A stretch of 64,000 nt of DNA from assembly GCA_964016885.1 (NCBI GenBank), contig OZ024762.1, forward strand, positions 19,902,001-19,966,000, written 5' to 3'. Source of the DNA: Eledone cirrhosa (lineage: Eukaryota). A program made the position numbers and the translations under genes. The notes under the pieces are model-generated. The model was not told where the DNA came from. It worked only from the letters and a program-made list of their open reading frames with translations, and ran no database searches. Below are positions 37,940 through 51,284 of the stretch, one piece after another (the stretch's first letter is position 1; every line of letters starts with the position of its first letter).

Positions 37940-40635
37940 GTGACAGTGGTGCTGTGACACAGTAGTGTTTCTATTGAGCAGTTGTAGCTACTATGAGAGC
38001 AGTGGTACTGTGACACAGTAGTGTTTCTACTGAGTAGTTCTAGCTACTATGAGAGCAGTGGTACTGTGACACAGTAGTGTTTCTACTGAGTAGTTCTAGC
38101 TACTATGAGAGCAGTGGTACTGTGACACAGTAGTGTTTCTACTGAGTAGTTCTAGCTACTATGAGAGCAGTGGTACTGTGACACAGTAGTGTTTCTACTG
38201 AGCAATTGTAGCTGCTACGAGAGCAGTGGTACTGTGACACAGTAGTGTTTCTACTGAGTAGTTCTAGCTACTATGAGAGCAGTGGTACTGTGACACAGTA
38301 GTGTTTCTACTGAGTAGTTCTAGCTACTATGAGAGCAGTGGTACTGTGACACAGTAGTGTTTCTGCTGAGCAGTTGTAGCTGCTACGAGAGCAGTGGTAC
38401 TGTGACACAGTAGTGTTTCTACTGAGTAGTTCTAGCTACTATGAGAGCAGTGGTACTGTGACACAGTAGTGTTTCTACTGAGCAATTGTAGCTGCTACGA
38501 GAGCAGTGGTACTGTGACACAGTAGTGTTTCTACTGAGCAATTGTAGCTGCTACGAGAGCAGTGGTACTGTGACACAGTAGTGTTTCTACTGAGTAGTTC
38601 TAGCTACAATGAGAGCAGTGGTACTGTGACACAGTAGTGTTTCTACTGAGTAGTTCTAGCTACTATGAGAGCAGTGGTACTGTGACACAGTAGTGTTTCT
38701 ACTGAGTAGTTGTAGCTGCTACGAGAACAGTGGTACTGTGACACAGTAGTGTTTCTGCTGAGCAGTTGTAGCTGCTACGAGAGCAGTGGTACTGTGACAC
38801 AGTAGTGTTTCTACTGAGTAGTTCTAGCTACTATGAGAGCAGTGGTACTGTGACACAGTAGTGTTTCTGCTGAGCAGTTGTAGCTGCTACGAGAACAGTG
38901 GTACTGTGACACAGTAGTGTTTCTACTGAGTAGTTCTAGCTACTATGAGAGCAGTGGTACTGTGACACAGTAGTGTTTCTACTGAGTAGTTCTAGCTACT
39001 ATGAGAGCAGTGGTACTGTGACACAGTAGTGTTTCTGCTGAGCAGTTCTAGCTACTATGAGAGCAGTGGTACTGTGACACAGCAGTGTTTCTGCTGAGCA
39101 GTTGTAGCTGCTACGAGAGCAGTGGTACTGTGACACAGTAGTGTTTCTACTGAGTAGTTCTAGCTACTATGAGAGCAGTGGTACTGTAACACAGTAGTGT
39201 TTCTGCTGAGCAATTGTAGCTACTATGAGAGCAGTGGTACTGTGACACAGCAGTGTTTCTACTGACTAGTTGTAGCTGCTACGAGAGCAGTGGTACTGTG
39301 ACACAGTAGTGTTTCTACTGAGTAGTTCTAGCTACTATGAGAGCAGTGGTACTGTGACACAGTAGTGTTTCTACTGAGTAGTTCTCGCTACTATGAGAGC
39401 AGTGGTACTGTGACACAGCAGTGTTTCTACTGACTAGTTGTAGCTGCTACGAGAGCAGTGGTACTGTGACACAGTAGTGTTTCTACTGAGTAGTTCTAGC
39501 TACTATGAGAGCAGTGGTACTGTGACACAGTAGTGTTTCTACTGAGTAGTTCTAGCTACTATGAGAGCAGTGGTACTGTGACACAGTAGTGTTTCTACTG
39601 AGTAGTTCTAGCTACTATGAGAGCAGTGGTACTGTGACACAGTAGTGTTTCTACTGAGCAATTGTAGCTGCTACGAGAGCAGTGGTACTGTGACACAGTA
39701 GTGTTTCTACTGAGCAATTGTAGCTGCTACGAGAGCAGTGGTACTGTGACACAGTAGTGTTTCTACTGAGTAGTTCTAGCTACTATGAGAGCAGTGGTAC
39801 TGTGACACAGCAGTGTTTCTACTGACTAGTTGTAGCTGCTACGAGAGCAGTGGTACTGTGACACAGTAGTGTTTCTACTGAGTAGTTCTAGCTACTATGA
39901 GAGCAGTGGTACTGTGGCACAGTAGTGTTTCTACTGAGTAGTTCTAGCTACTATGAGAGCAGTGGTACTGTGACACAGCAGTGTTTCTACTGACTAGTTG
40001 TAGCTGCTACGAGAGCAGTGGTACTGTGACACAGTAGTGTTTCTACTGAGTAGTTCTAGCTACTATGAGAGCAGTGGTACTGTGACACAGTAGTGTTTCT
40101 ACTGAGTAGTTCTAGCTACTATGAGAGCAGTGGTACTGTGACACAGTAGTGTTTCTGCTGAGCAGTTGTAGCTGCTACGAGAGCAGTGGTACTGTGACAC
40201 AGCAGTGTTTCTGCTGAGCAGTTGTACCTGCTACGAGAACAGTGGTACTGTGACACAGTAGTGTTTCTGCTGAGCAGTTGTAGCTGCTACGAGAGCAGTG
40301 GTACTGTGACACAGCAGTGTTTCTGCTGAGCAGTTGTACCTGCTACGAGAACAGTGGTACTGTGACACAGTAGTGTTTCTGCTGAGCAGTTGTAGCTGCT
40401 ACGAGAGCAGTGATACTGTAACACAGTAGTGTTTCTGCTGAGCAGTTGTAGCTGCTACGAGAACAGTGGTACTGTAACACAGCAGTGTTTCTGCTGAGCA
40501 GTTGTAGCTGCTACGAGAGCAGTGGTACTGTGACATAGTAGTGTTTCTGCTGAGCAGTTGTAGCTGCTACGACAATAGTGGTGCTGTGACACAGCAGTGT
40601 TACTGCTGAGTAGTTGTAGCTACTACAAGATCAGC
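37940..40635. repeat. 56-bp minisatellite (about 48 copies)
   Basis: Unit GAGAGCAGTGGTACTGTGACACAGTAGTGTTTCTACTGAGTAGTTCTAGCTACTAT; period of 56 (38051 and 38107). Confidence 0.97.
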
Positions 40636-41792
40636 AACAGCAGTTGTAAAAAGAAAGAAGCTAATCAAATATAGAGTTCATCAACTTGTATAGCTGTTAT
40701 AGTAATTAAAACCGAACTTATTGCATCTTGAGACCTGTTGACTAGCTGGGAAGAAGAAGACTTCTTTCATCTTACTGCAGAATAAAATACGATCCGAGAG
40801 AAATTGGAGAGGACAAAAAAATAGCAAAAATTTCATTAGTACAATTATTTTCTCTTTTTCTGTGCGTGTGAATTTCAGTGTGTGTGTGTGCATATGTGTG
40901 TGTGTATGTGTGAATTTATGTGTGTGTCGTTCTTATTTATGTGTGTGTCGTTCTTATTTATGAACGTGTATGTGTGTGTGAATTGCAGTATGTGCATGTA
41001 TGTATGTGTGTGTCTGTGTGTGTGTCTCTGTGTATGTGTGAATTTCAGTTTGTGTGTGTGTGTATGCATATATATGTGTGTGTATATATATGTGTGTGTG
41101 TGTATGTGTGAATTTATGTGTGTGTCGTGCTTATTTATGAACGTGTATGTGTGTGTGAATTGCAGTATGTGCATGTATGTATGTGTGTGTCTCTGTGTAT
41201 GTGTGAATTTCAGTTTGTGTGTGTGTATGTGTGTCTTTGTGTGTGTGTGTGTATGTGCGAATTGCAGTGTGTGTGTGTGCGTGCGAATTGCAGCGTGTGT
41301 ATGTGTGTGTGTGTGTGAATTGCAGTGTGTATGTATGTGTATCTGTGTGTGTGTGTGTGTGCGAATTGTAGTGTGCGTGTGTGTGAATTGCAGTGTGTAT
41401 GTGTGTGTGTGTGTGTGAATTGCAGTGTGTATGTATGTGTGTCTCTGTATGTTTGAATTAATGAGTATGTGTGTATGTATATAGTAAATTAGTGTGTGTG
41501 TGTTTCATGTGTTTATTTATGGATGTTTGTGTGTGTGAGTGTGAGTAAATTAGTGTGTGTATATGAATTTATCAGTGTGTAGTTTCATGTGTGTTTTTAT
41601 AAATGTGTATGTAGTTTCATATGTATTTGTGTGTGTGTGTAAATTTGCTTGTGAATTTGTGTGTGTGTGTGAATTTACATGTGCATTTGTGAAGCTGTGT
41701 GTATTCATGAAAATGTGTTTGCATGTAAGCATATATATATACATAAATATACACATATATGTATGTATATATATATATATATATATATACAC

Positions 41793-41827
<35 letters not shown>

Positions 41828-41898
41828 CACACATATATGTATATATATATATATATATGTATATACATATATATATACACATATATATATATACACCC

Positions 41899-41955
<57 letters not shown>

Positions 41956-42296
41956 TATATATATATACACACATATATATATACACATATATATGTGTAT
42001 ATATATATGTGTGTGTGTGTATGTGTATATATATGTGTATGCATATGTGTATATATATATATATATGTGAGTGAGTGTGTGTGTATTTTTATCATTTCAC
42101 TCTAATTTATTTGAATTTAGCTGTTATGAAATTTACCCAGTTTTTCAAAGCAATTATATAATAGCAATTAGATTGGTCTTGTAATATAGTAGATTTTCTT
42201 CCTAAACTACTACTATTTTGTGTGTGTATAGATATAGATATATATTGTATATATAGTGTGTGTGTATATATGTGTGTGTGTGTGTAGATATGTGTG

Positions 42297-42333
<37 letters not shown>

Positions 42334-42489
42334 ACATATATCTATATACACAAACATACTATATAAAAAAATATATATATATCTATACACAAACACACAC
42401 TATATATAAAATATTTATCTATACACACACATACTATTTATAAAATATATATATATATATATCTATACACACATACACACTATATATAA

Positions 42490-42544
<55 letters not shown>

Positions 42545-42964
42545 TGTGTGTGTTTGTGTATAGATATATATATATATTTTTTATATAGTGTGTTTGTGTA
42601 TGTGTGTGTGTATATATAGATATATGTGTGGGTATATATATATATATTGTTGTTTTTATATAGTCTGTGTATGTGTGTATATAGATATATGTGTGTATAG
42701 ATATATAGATATTTTTTTTATATATGTGTGTATAGATATATAGATATTTATATATATATATAGTGTGTGTGTTTGTGTATAGATATATATATTTTTTTTA
42801 TATAGTGTGTTTGTGTATGTGTGTGTGTATATATAGATATATGTGTGTGTATATATATATATATTTTTGTTTTTATATAGTCTGTGTATGTGTGTATATA
42901 GATATATGTGTGTATAGATATATAGATATTTTTTTTATATATGTGTGTATAGATATATATATAT

Positions 42965-43012
<48 letters not shown>

Positions 43013-43402
43013 TGTGTGTTTGTGTTTGTGTGTGTATATATAGATATATGTGTGTATAGATATATATATTTTTGTTTTTATATAGTTTGTGTATGTGTGT
43101 GTCTGTATATAGATATATGTGTGTATAGATATATAGATATTTTTTTTTATATAGTGTGTGTATGTGTATATGTCTTCATAGATGTTCCATCCAGAACATT
43201 AAAACAAGCCTAGGGCTAAATACAAGTTTGTCAACCCAATATCGTCTTGATATTTATTTTAACATATATTACGTTGTTTTTTTATTCCCCGTCCCCCAGG
43301 ATATTAAGGTTTTATTTCATTTTTTTTTTTTTTTTAGGTTCAAATTTAATTCAAACTTCTTTCTCTCTTTTCATACACACACACACACATGTACACACCT
43401 GC

Positions 43403-43445
<43 letters not shown>

Positions 43446-43470
43446 TACTCATACATACACACACACACAC

Positions 43471-43501
<31 letters not shown>

Positions 43502-43619
43502 TACATACATACACACACACATACATACAGATTCATACATACACACACACACACACACACATACACATACACACACAAGTGACAGGAAGAAGAAAAAATA
43601 TAAAAACCAAACAAACCAT

Positions 43620-44010
43620 AAAAATGAAGTGAAATCAGCAAAAATGTACTATTTCCAAAACCATAAGAGGAGTTCGTGAAATCTTGTTCCATTTATTGGC
43701 CAAAATTTTCACTATGGGGAGTTTAACCCCCATTAGGGTGTCTTAATATTATTGAAATTTGCTGAAATTTTGTGAATAGACATCATATCTTGTCATTTAC
43801 CTATGGTTTAAATTTCATATAAATCGAAGGGAAAAAATTAAGCGGGGGGTTTTGAAACCCCAAGGAACCCTTTTATTAAAATAAAATATACGTAAGAATT
43901 CAAATGGGCATGAGCCCCACACATGTGACAAGTTTCATCAAGATCGGTTTGGTAGGTTTTGAGTTTTAGGTTCACAAACAGACAGAAATTGCCATTTATG
44001 TATATATATA
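43620..44010 (+). mobile_element. Possible non-autonomous Helentron/DINE-like element end
   Basis: AAGTTTCATCAAGATCGGTTTGGTAGGTTTTGAG..AAACAGACAGA..TTTATGTATATA resembles the 3' ends of such elements (from recall, not searched). Confidence 0.4.
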
Positions 44011-44260
44011 TAGGAGAAAGTATGACCCCAGGCAGAGCTCAAGCTATTTCTGGTCCAGAAATAGCCGTCGAAACGGCTTGAGCTCTGCCGTCATGGTCAT
44101 ACTTTCTCCTATTTACCCACTCTACTACCCTAAGTATTGAGTACTCTGGTGTGTTATGGTCCATCTGGTTCCTTACCACAACTCCTCCGTTATATATATA
44201 TATATAGGAAAAAGTATGACCCCAACGCCAGAGCCGTTTCGACGGCTATTTCTGGACTAA
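44010..44260. mobile_element. Penelope-like pLTR remnant with an inverted truncated copy; same family at 28051-28335, 46871-46985 and 55636-55700
   Basis: Shared CTACTACCCTAAGTATTGAGTACTCTG..GTTATGGTCCA. The 3' half of a hammerhead, GAAACGGC-TTGAGCTCT-GCCGTC, lies at 44070-44092. Confidence 0.7.
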
Positions 44261-45015
44261 AAGAAGAAAGCATGAGAGAGTGAAACAAACTAAATATATA
44301 TATAAATGGAATAGAATGAAACAAAATTTCATTTCTCACTCTTAGTACGGCACTTACTTAAATGTAAGTATGTATGTATACGTACAAACAAACAAACAAA
44401 CCGATATATTAACGACATCACAACTTTCTCCGCTTAGCCTGTTCCCCCCCTTTTGGAACTTTCCCCCGTTGATGGGCGTGAGCCCGAAATATTTGGGATT
44501 AAATCTCCACTACGGTAACCCTTCTACCTTTGTTTTGTTTTCATCTTTGTCTCTCTCAATTTTCACTTTATCCTATTTCTCCTATCTATCATTCACTTCC
44601 TACCTCGAGATTTCCCATCTGCATTGTTGTGGCTTTCTAAACTACGTATTTTATACATATATATATTTAGTCTGTTTCACTCTCTCATGCTTTCTTCTTT
44701 TTAGTAGTAGTAGGTGGTGGTGGTGGTAGCAATAGTAGTAGTGGTAGTTTGGGGGAGGGGGGGTTGTAGCAGCAGCAGCAGTAGCAGTAGTAGTAGTATT
44801 TATGGATGTATAAATCTTTCCCATAAACTTTCAATTTGCTTTGCACCAATTTTTTTTCTTTGTTGAGAAGGATTCACTCAAAATGTTTAATTAACCAGAC
44901 ATGCAAAACTAAAGAGCATTATGTTATTCTTGTTGACTGTGTGTGTGTGTGTATGAAGGTGTGTTTGTGTGAAGGTGTGTGTTTGTGTTTCTGGGTGTCA
45001 TTATATGTGATCACA

Positions 45016-45200
45016 GGTGGTGGATTGACAGTATTGGTAGAGGGTTGGACGCCATGCTTTCCAGCATAGTTACGTCCCTTTATGATCTGAGTTCAAATCC
45101 CGCCGAGGTTGACTTTGCCTTTCATCCTTACGGGGTCGATAAAATAAAGTACCAGTAATGCACTGGGTAATTGCTGGCCTTGTGCCTAAAGTAGAAACAA
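45016..45200 (+). mobile_element. SINE-A with a 16-bp target-site duplication
   Basis: ATTATATGTGATCACA flanks both sides (45000-45015 and 45200-45215). Confidence 0.92.
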
Positions 45201-45337
45201 TTATATGTGATCACATCAATGGAACATGTGTCTCCAGTTAACCAGATCTGTTATTTGTATTAACGGTGAATATATATATATATGTGTGTGTGTGTATAGA
45301 TATGTGTGTATATATATATAGATATATGTGTATGTGC

Positions 45338-45386
<49 letters not shown>

Positions 45387-46330
45387 GTTGGAAACAGCAG
45401 TTGGAAGCAAGAGGACTGAGAGTAAATCTAGCTAAGACAAAAGTGTTGATGAGTAGAAAAGAGGACAAAACCCTGATTCCGTCAGGGAAATGGCCATGTT
45501 CGATATGCAGAAAAGGAACTGGCATAAATTCTATAAAATGCACACAATGTAGGTCCTGGGTACACAAGAGATGTAGCGGGATAGCAGGCAAACTAACAGG
45601 TAGGGAGAAATATGTATGCAGTAGATGTACAGGGAAATTAGACAGTAGAAGTCGCACTGATAGACACATTTTTCAAATGCGAGAGGGCGCTATAGAAGTG
45701 GTGGATAGCTTCCGGTACCTAGGAGATCAGATTAGCATGGGAGGAGGGTGTTCCGAGGCCATAGTATCTAGAATAAGGACGGGTTGGAAGAAGTTTAGGG
45801 AGCTGCTTCCTCTGTTGACGAAGAAGGGTTTCTCCCTGCGTACGAAAGGCCGGTTGTATGATGCCTGTGTGAGGAGCGCGATGCTGCATGGTAGTGAGAC
45901 ATGGGCAGCTACCGCAGAAGATATGCGACGGCTGGAGAGAAATGAGGCAAGTATGCTCCGTTGGATGTGCAGTGTAAATGTGCGTGAACGACCCAGCATA
46001 AATGTGTTGAGAGAGAAACTGTGTCTGAGAGGGATAGAATGTAGTGTACGGGAGAGGAGACTGAGGTGGTATGGACATGTGATGCGCATGGAGGATGACC
46101 GATGGGTGAAGAAGTGCCAGGAAATGCCAGTTGAAGGAAGACGTGGTAGAGGTAGACCACGAAAAACATGGGCGGAGGTGGTGAGAACAGACCTCAGATC
46201 ATTGAAGCTCACGGCGGAGATGACGAGGGACCATGACGAGTGGAGAGATGCTGTGCTGAATAAGACCCGTCCCACCCTTGCAAGCAGGGAAAAGCGGACG
46301 TAAAATGATGATGATGATGATGATGATGAT
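45387..46330 (+). mobile_element. 5'-truncated RTE-clade LINE (type i end) with uninterrupted ORF: end of RT, PHD-like finger, thumb and C-terminus
   Basis: GLRVNLAKTKVL..CSIC..CTQC..HKRC..CSRC..VDSFRYLG..LHGSETW..RRLRWYGHVMRM..GRPRKTW..RPTLASREKRT*, followed by (GAT)n. Confidence 0.95.
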
Positions 46331-46690
46331 ATATATATATATTTAGAAACACACAGATACATGTGGGGACACATATACATGAATGCATCCACACCCAACA
46401 GTGCATTACTAATTATATCTAAATGTTTCTTCTCTCTTCATAATGTATATATATATATATAGATAGATAGATAGATATAAGTGTGGATATAGATATATGT
46501 GTGTATGTGTATATATAGATATGTGTGTATGTAGATATATGTGTGTGTGTGTATAGATATGTGTGTGTATATATATATATAGATATATGTGTGTATGTGT
46601 ATATATAGATATGTGTGTATGTAGATATATGTGTGTGTGTGTATAGATATGTGTGTATATATATATATAGATATATGTGTATGTGTGTGA

Positions 46691-46732
<42 letters not shown>

Positions 46733-46736
<4 letters not shown>

Positions 46737-46862
46737 GTTTTAATATAGATGAGATTCTACAGGACTAGAACTGTTTCATTCTTTAGAAATCATCAGGAAT
46801 GATTTCTAAAGAATGAAACAGTTCTAGTCCTGTAGAATCTCATCTATATTAAAACTATATAT
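46733..46862. ncRNA. Near-perfect palindrome containing a minimal hammerhead on the minus strand (46752-46799); same family as 19510-19560
   Basis: Minus strand reads ATTC-CTGATGA-TTTCTAAAGAAT-GAAACAG TTCTAGTC CTGT-A-GAAT. Arms of about 58 bp surround a ~5-nt centre, embedded in (TA)n. Confidence 0.8.
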
Positions 46863-47269
46863 ATATATATATAGGAAAATAGTCAGGACCCCCGACCCAC
46901 TCCTCTTACCCACACTACTACCCTAAGTATTGAGTACTCTGATGTGTTATGGTCCATCTGGTTTCTTACCACAACTCCTTTGTTATATATATATATATAT
47001 ATATATATGTCATCAGTGTTTTATTCATTATTCTAAACTGTTGTTCCTCTACATCCCAATGGATCTCATTGGTTCACCGATTTGTTGGCTGTTTTCATTG
47101 GTTAATCCATTTTCAATACTGTGTTGTGTCCTGTTGAGTAGCAGTTTGTTGTTGTTTACAGAATATTGCAACAGTGCTGCCATCTATGTTTCGATATGAA
47201 TCAATCTTGATATTTGCAATGGAATATTATTTCACTTATATATCTGTATACATACATATATGCATATAT

Positions 47270-47710
47270 ATCATCATCATCATCATCATCAACGTTTAAC
47301 GTCCGTGTTCCACGCTTGCATGGGTTTGGACGGGGGTAGTCCCACTTGAGGCAAGAGTGATTTTCTTGCTCGCATAGGACTGTCTGGCAGGTTTTCTACA
47401 GCTGGATGCCCTTCCTAACACCAACCACATTTACAGTGTGGGTCTGGGAAGTTTTTACCGTGTTGCCTACACGGCCACATTACAGCGTGGACTGTGTGTT
47501 TTTTTGTCGTGACACCTACACGATCTCATTTGTTTCGGCCTGGATGGCGCGGCACCAACATAACTTTACATAGAACGGGGTGGTGTGGATGGGGTGGGGG
47601 TGGTGGGACGGGGGTGTATTTTGTTAGAGATGCCTACTGGCAAGGCGGGTCTTCTCTATTACTGAGTACCGCCAAAGGTCTCGGTCCAGTGACATTGTCT
47701 TGGTGAGGTG
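47270..47710 (-). mobile_element. 5'-truncated RTE LINE, type iii end
   Basis: Reverse complement of about 52035-52500, with a small deletion. Confidence 0.88.
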
Positions 47711-47739
47711 TGGTGTGGTGTGGTGTGGTGTGGTATGCA

Positions 47740-48470
<731 letters not shown>

Positions 48471-48590
48471 ATATAGTGTGCAGAAAATATATATATATAT
48501 ATATATATATGATAACTGCCCCCTCGTTATCGAGTATGGCCATTGTATGATATACCATTATTAATAATTATTAATTAATTCTATCGTGCA

Positions 48591-48771
48591 GTGGATTGGC
48601 AGTATCGGTAGAGGGTCGGACGCCATGCTTTCCAGCATAGTTACGTCCCTTTACGATCTGAGTTCAAATCCCGCCGAGGTTGACTTTGCCTTTCATCCTT
48701 ACGGGGTCGATAAAATAAAGTACCAGTAATGAACTGGGTAATTGCTGGCCTTGTGCCTAAAGTAGAAACAA
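48591..48771 (+). mobile_element. SINE-A with a ~20-bp target-site duplication
   Basis: TTAATTAATTCTATC(G/A)TGCA occurs on both sides. Confidence 0.9.
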
Positions 48772-48791
48772 TTAATTAATTCTATCATGCA

Positions 48792-49045
48792 ATGCCTGTG
48801 CGTGAAGATATTTTTTAAAGTGAGGAAAGACTGTGCACAGAGCCAATCCCACTCTCTGAGTGACAGTAGCTATGACCCGAGAAGAAGAAAAGATCAACAT
48901 CATCGGTAACTACTGAGCCGCAGGTTTTATGTCGGAGTTATCCCAGTTTCCTGAGTTGCCTTCTCCTAGAAGAATGCCCTGACAAAGGCTAGGGGTCCTT
49001 CACTCCCTGTGGTTTAACACCACGATCGGTTATCCAGCCTGACTA
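48792..49045 (-). mobile_element. Probable non-autonomous RTE/BovB-related element
   Basis: Minus-strand CTAGGAGAAGGCAACTC..AAAACCT resembles the BovB/RTE 5'-UTR motif (from recall). Confidence 0.45.
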
Positions 49046-50308
49046 TTTCTTGTTAGGAAGGGCATCCAGCTGTAGAAATCAAGCCAGAATCAGTTCCCGT
49101 CCCACCCTTGCAAGCAGGGAAAAGCGGACGTAAAATGATGATGATGATGATGATGATATTTACATATATATACACATACACACACTCACACACACATACA
49201 TACATGCATACATATTCATATATACATACATATTCTTACATACATACATACTTACATACACAACACACACATTCAATATGCTTGACTTCAAATATTTTCT
49301 GCTTTTTTTACATTTTACCTTTGTGTTTCTCTACATTTGTATGTCCTTTTCAGCGTTATTGTTGTTCTGGTTGTTTGGATTTATTTCACTTTTAAACCAT
49401 GTCATCTATTATTATTGGTTAACACTATAGATTGGTCCACACCCTATTTCAATGGTTTCCTTGTTGCTACCTCCCTTCACAAATGTACAAATCTGACAGG
49501 CTCCTTTCTTCTTTGCTGTAAAGCCAAATTCTTGAGTGAATGTTGAAAATCAGAAAATTGATTTATTGATAAAATGCTTTAGCAGTCTTGTCCACAGGGT
49601 TGCAGCCCCAATATAACCGCGCCCTACACCCAGAGCCCATCACTCTTCCCCCTCCCTTTTTTATGTGGCTCTAGAGTCCTTGCTTTTTCTCCTCCTTTTC
49701 CTCTCATTTATGTCCTTCATGGTCCCTTCCTCTACTTTCCCATACAGCCAGCTCTGCCTGTCCTTACCTCTTCCCCATTTTCTCATTACTTAATTTTGCA
49801 TTTATTTTTCTTTCTCATATTTATCTTTGTCTATTATTCTACCATTTCCCCGTTTTCTTTCTAATCTGGTGCCTTTGTGATTAAAAGAAATATTTTTTTT
49901 TATTATTACATATGAATTAAATAAATTTAAAAAAAAAAAAAATAAATAAATAAATAAAATAATAAATAAATAAATAAAGAAAACATTATTATATAAGAAT
50001 TATGACAGCTTTCCACGGCAAAAACAAATAAATTTCATAGAATTTACATTTGTTGAAATTTAGGCAGTGGGAGAAAAATTGATTTATAATATAGGTACAA
50101 ACACTAACTGATGAACGGGCCGGACGTTTCTGTAAGGATTGTCTATCTTCTTGAAACCTTTGGTAATGGAATAATTATATTGTGTTGTTTATTACGTAAT
50201 TAAATAGCTCTGTACTATATATAGAGCACTCTTCTTTCCTTTACCTTTTCTACAGAAATACTTAGCATACACACACACGCACACACACACATATATATAT
50301 CTATCTAT

Positions 50309-50760
50309 CTAAGGCGGGTAAAATTCCCGAGATCCATGGACGAGTTCTCTCCAGCGGTCTCTGTCCCCCATTATCGCTGCCATGTCCTGCGTCTCCAACA
50401 GACCAGTGTCTGTCCTTAGGGCATCAACATACGTTAACCTTGCTCTTCCTCTTCTAGTGTGTCCATGTAGGGGCTCCAAAAGGAGCACTGAGTGCAATGT
50501 CAACTCTGGATGTCGGTGAGCATGTCCAGCTAACCTCAGTCTCCTCCGTGTCACTTTTGAGCTGACTTTTGGGATGCTCCCATACAGCTCTGAGTTTTTC
50601 ATCCTCAGTGTATACTGATTAATGTTCAGAGCCATCCTCAGCATTCTCATGTAGCACCCAACCACCATCTGAGTGAGTTTCTTGGTCAGTGTCCAAGTCT
50701 CAGACCCATACAGCAGCACAGACTCCACTACAGCAATGAAGACTGTGTTGAGACTGTGTC
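50309..50760 (-). mobile_element. 3' end of a second, divergent RTE-clade LINE with a (TAGA)n tail
   Basis: ESVLLYGSETWTLTK..RRRLRLAGHAHRH..RRGRARLTYVD..DRDRWRELV; the stop codon overlaps the TAGATAGA tail. Confidence 0.88.
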
Positions 50761-50799
<39 letters not shown>

Positions 50800-50849
50800 A
50801 AAAAAGATGCAACTGGAGTCTTTTTTTATAAAAATATATATTTATTTGG

Positions 50850-50893
50850 TTCCTTTACCGGTTTCGCAATTCTTCTGCTTTTCAAAAGTAGAA
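50850..50893 (-). ncRNA. Minimal hammerhead with a U3-A8 core variant; decayed paralogue at 53520-53563
   Basis: Minus strand reads TTCTACTT-TTGAAAA-GCAG AAGAA TTGC-GAAA CCGG T-A-AAGGAA. Confidence 0.65.
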
Positions 50894-50944
50894 TTGAGAT
50901 GGAGGGTTTGTGGTTTTTCTCAGATGTGAGAAAAACCACAAACC

Positions 50945-51225
50945 CTACTGACTGTAGGTTTCACTTTGTACTTAGGCAAAGCGGGTCTTCTGTATTACTG
51001 CGTAGCGCCAAAGATCTTGGTCCAGTGACATTGTCTTGGAGAGGTGTAAGTGTGTAAGGTCGGAATTTATCAAGTCGTCCCAGGTTTTTCTGGATCAGCT
51101 TACTCCGTGGCTACCGTCTATTTTTATCGCCCTGCACTTTTTTATACAGCTGTCGTCTTTCATACACATCACGTGACCATACCAACGTAGTCTTCTCTCA
51201 AGTAAACAACTTCTGATCCCTCTCG
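50945..51225 (-). mobile_element. RTE LINE fragment (type iii), inverted relative to 51855-52140
   Basis: RGIRSCLLERRLRWYGHVMCMKDDSCIKKCRAIKIDGSHG. Confidence 0.9.
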
Positions 51226-51284
51226 AGTAAACAAAATCTGATCCGTGTTTTGTTTGTATATTTTCAACTATATATATATATATA

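Noticed and set aside
37192-38016. Asp-rich biomineralisation-like ORF
   Set aside because: A (GAT)n/(GGT)n microsatellite mosaic open in several frames, with no signal peptide, starting inside a satellite.
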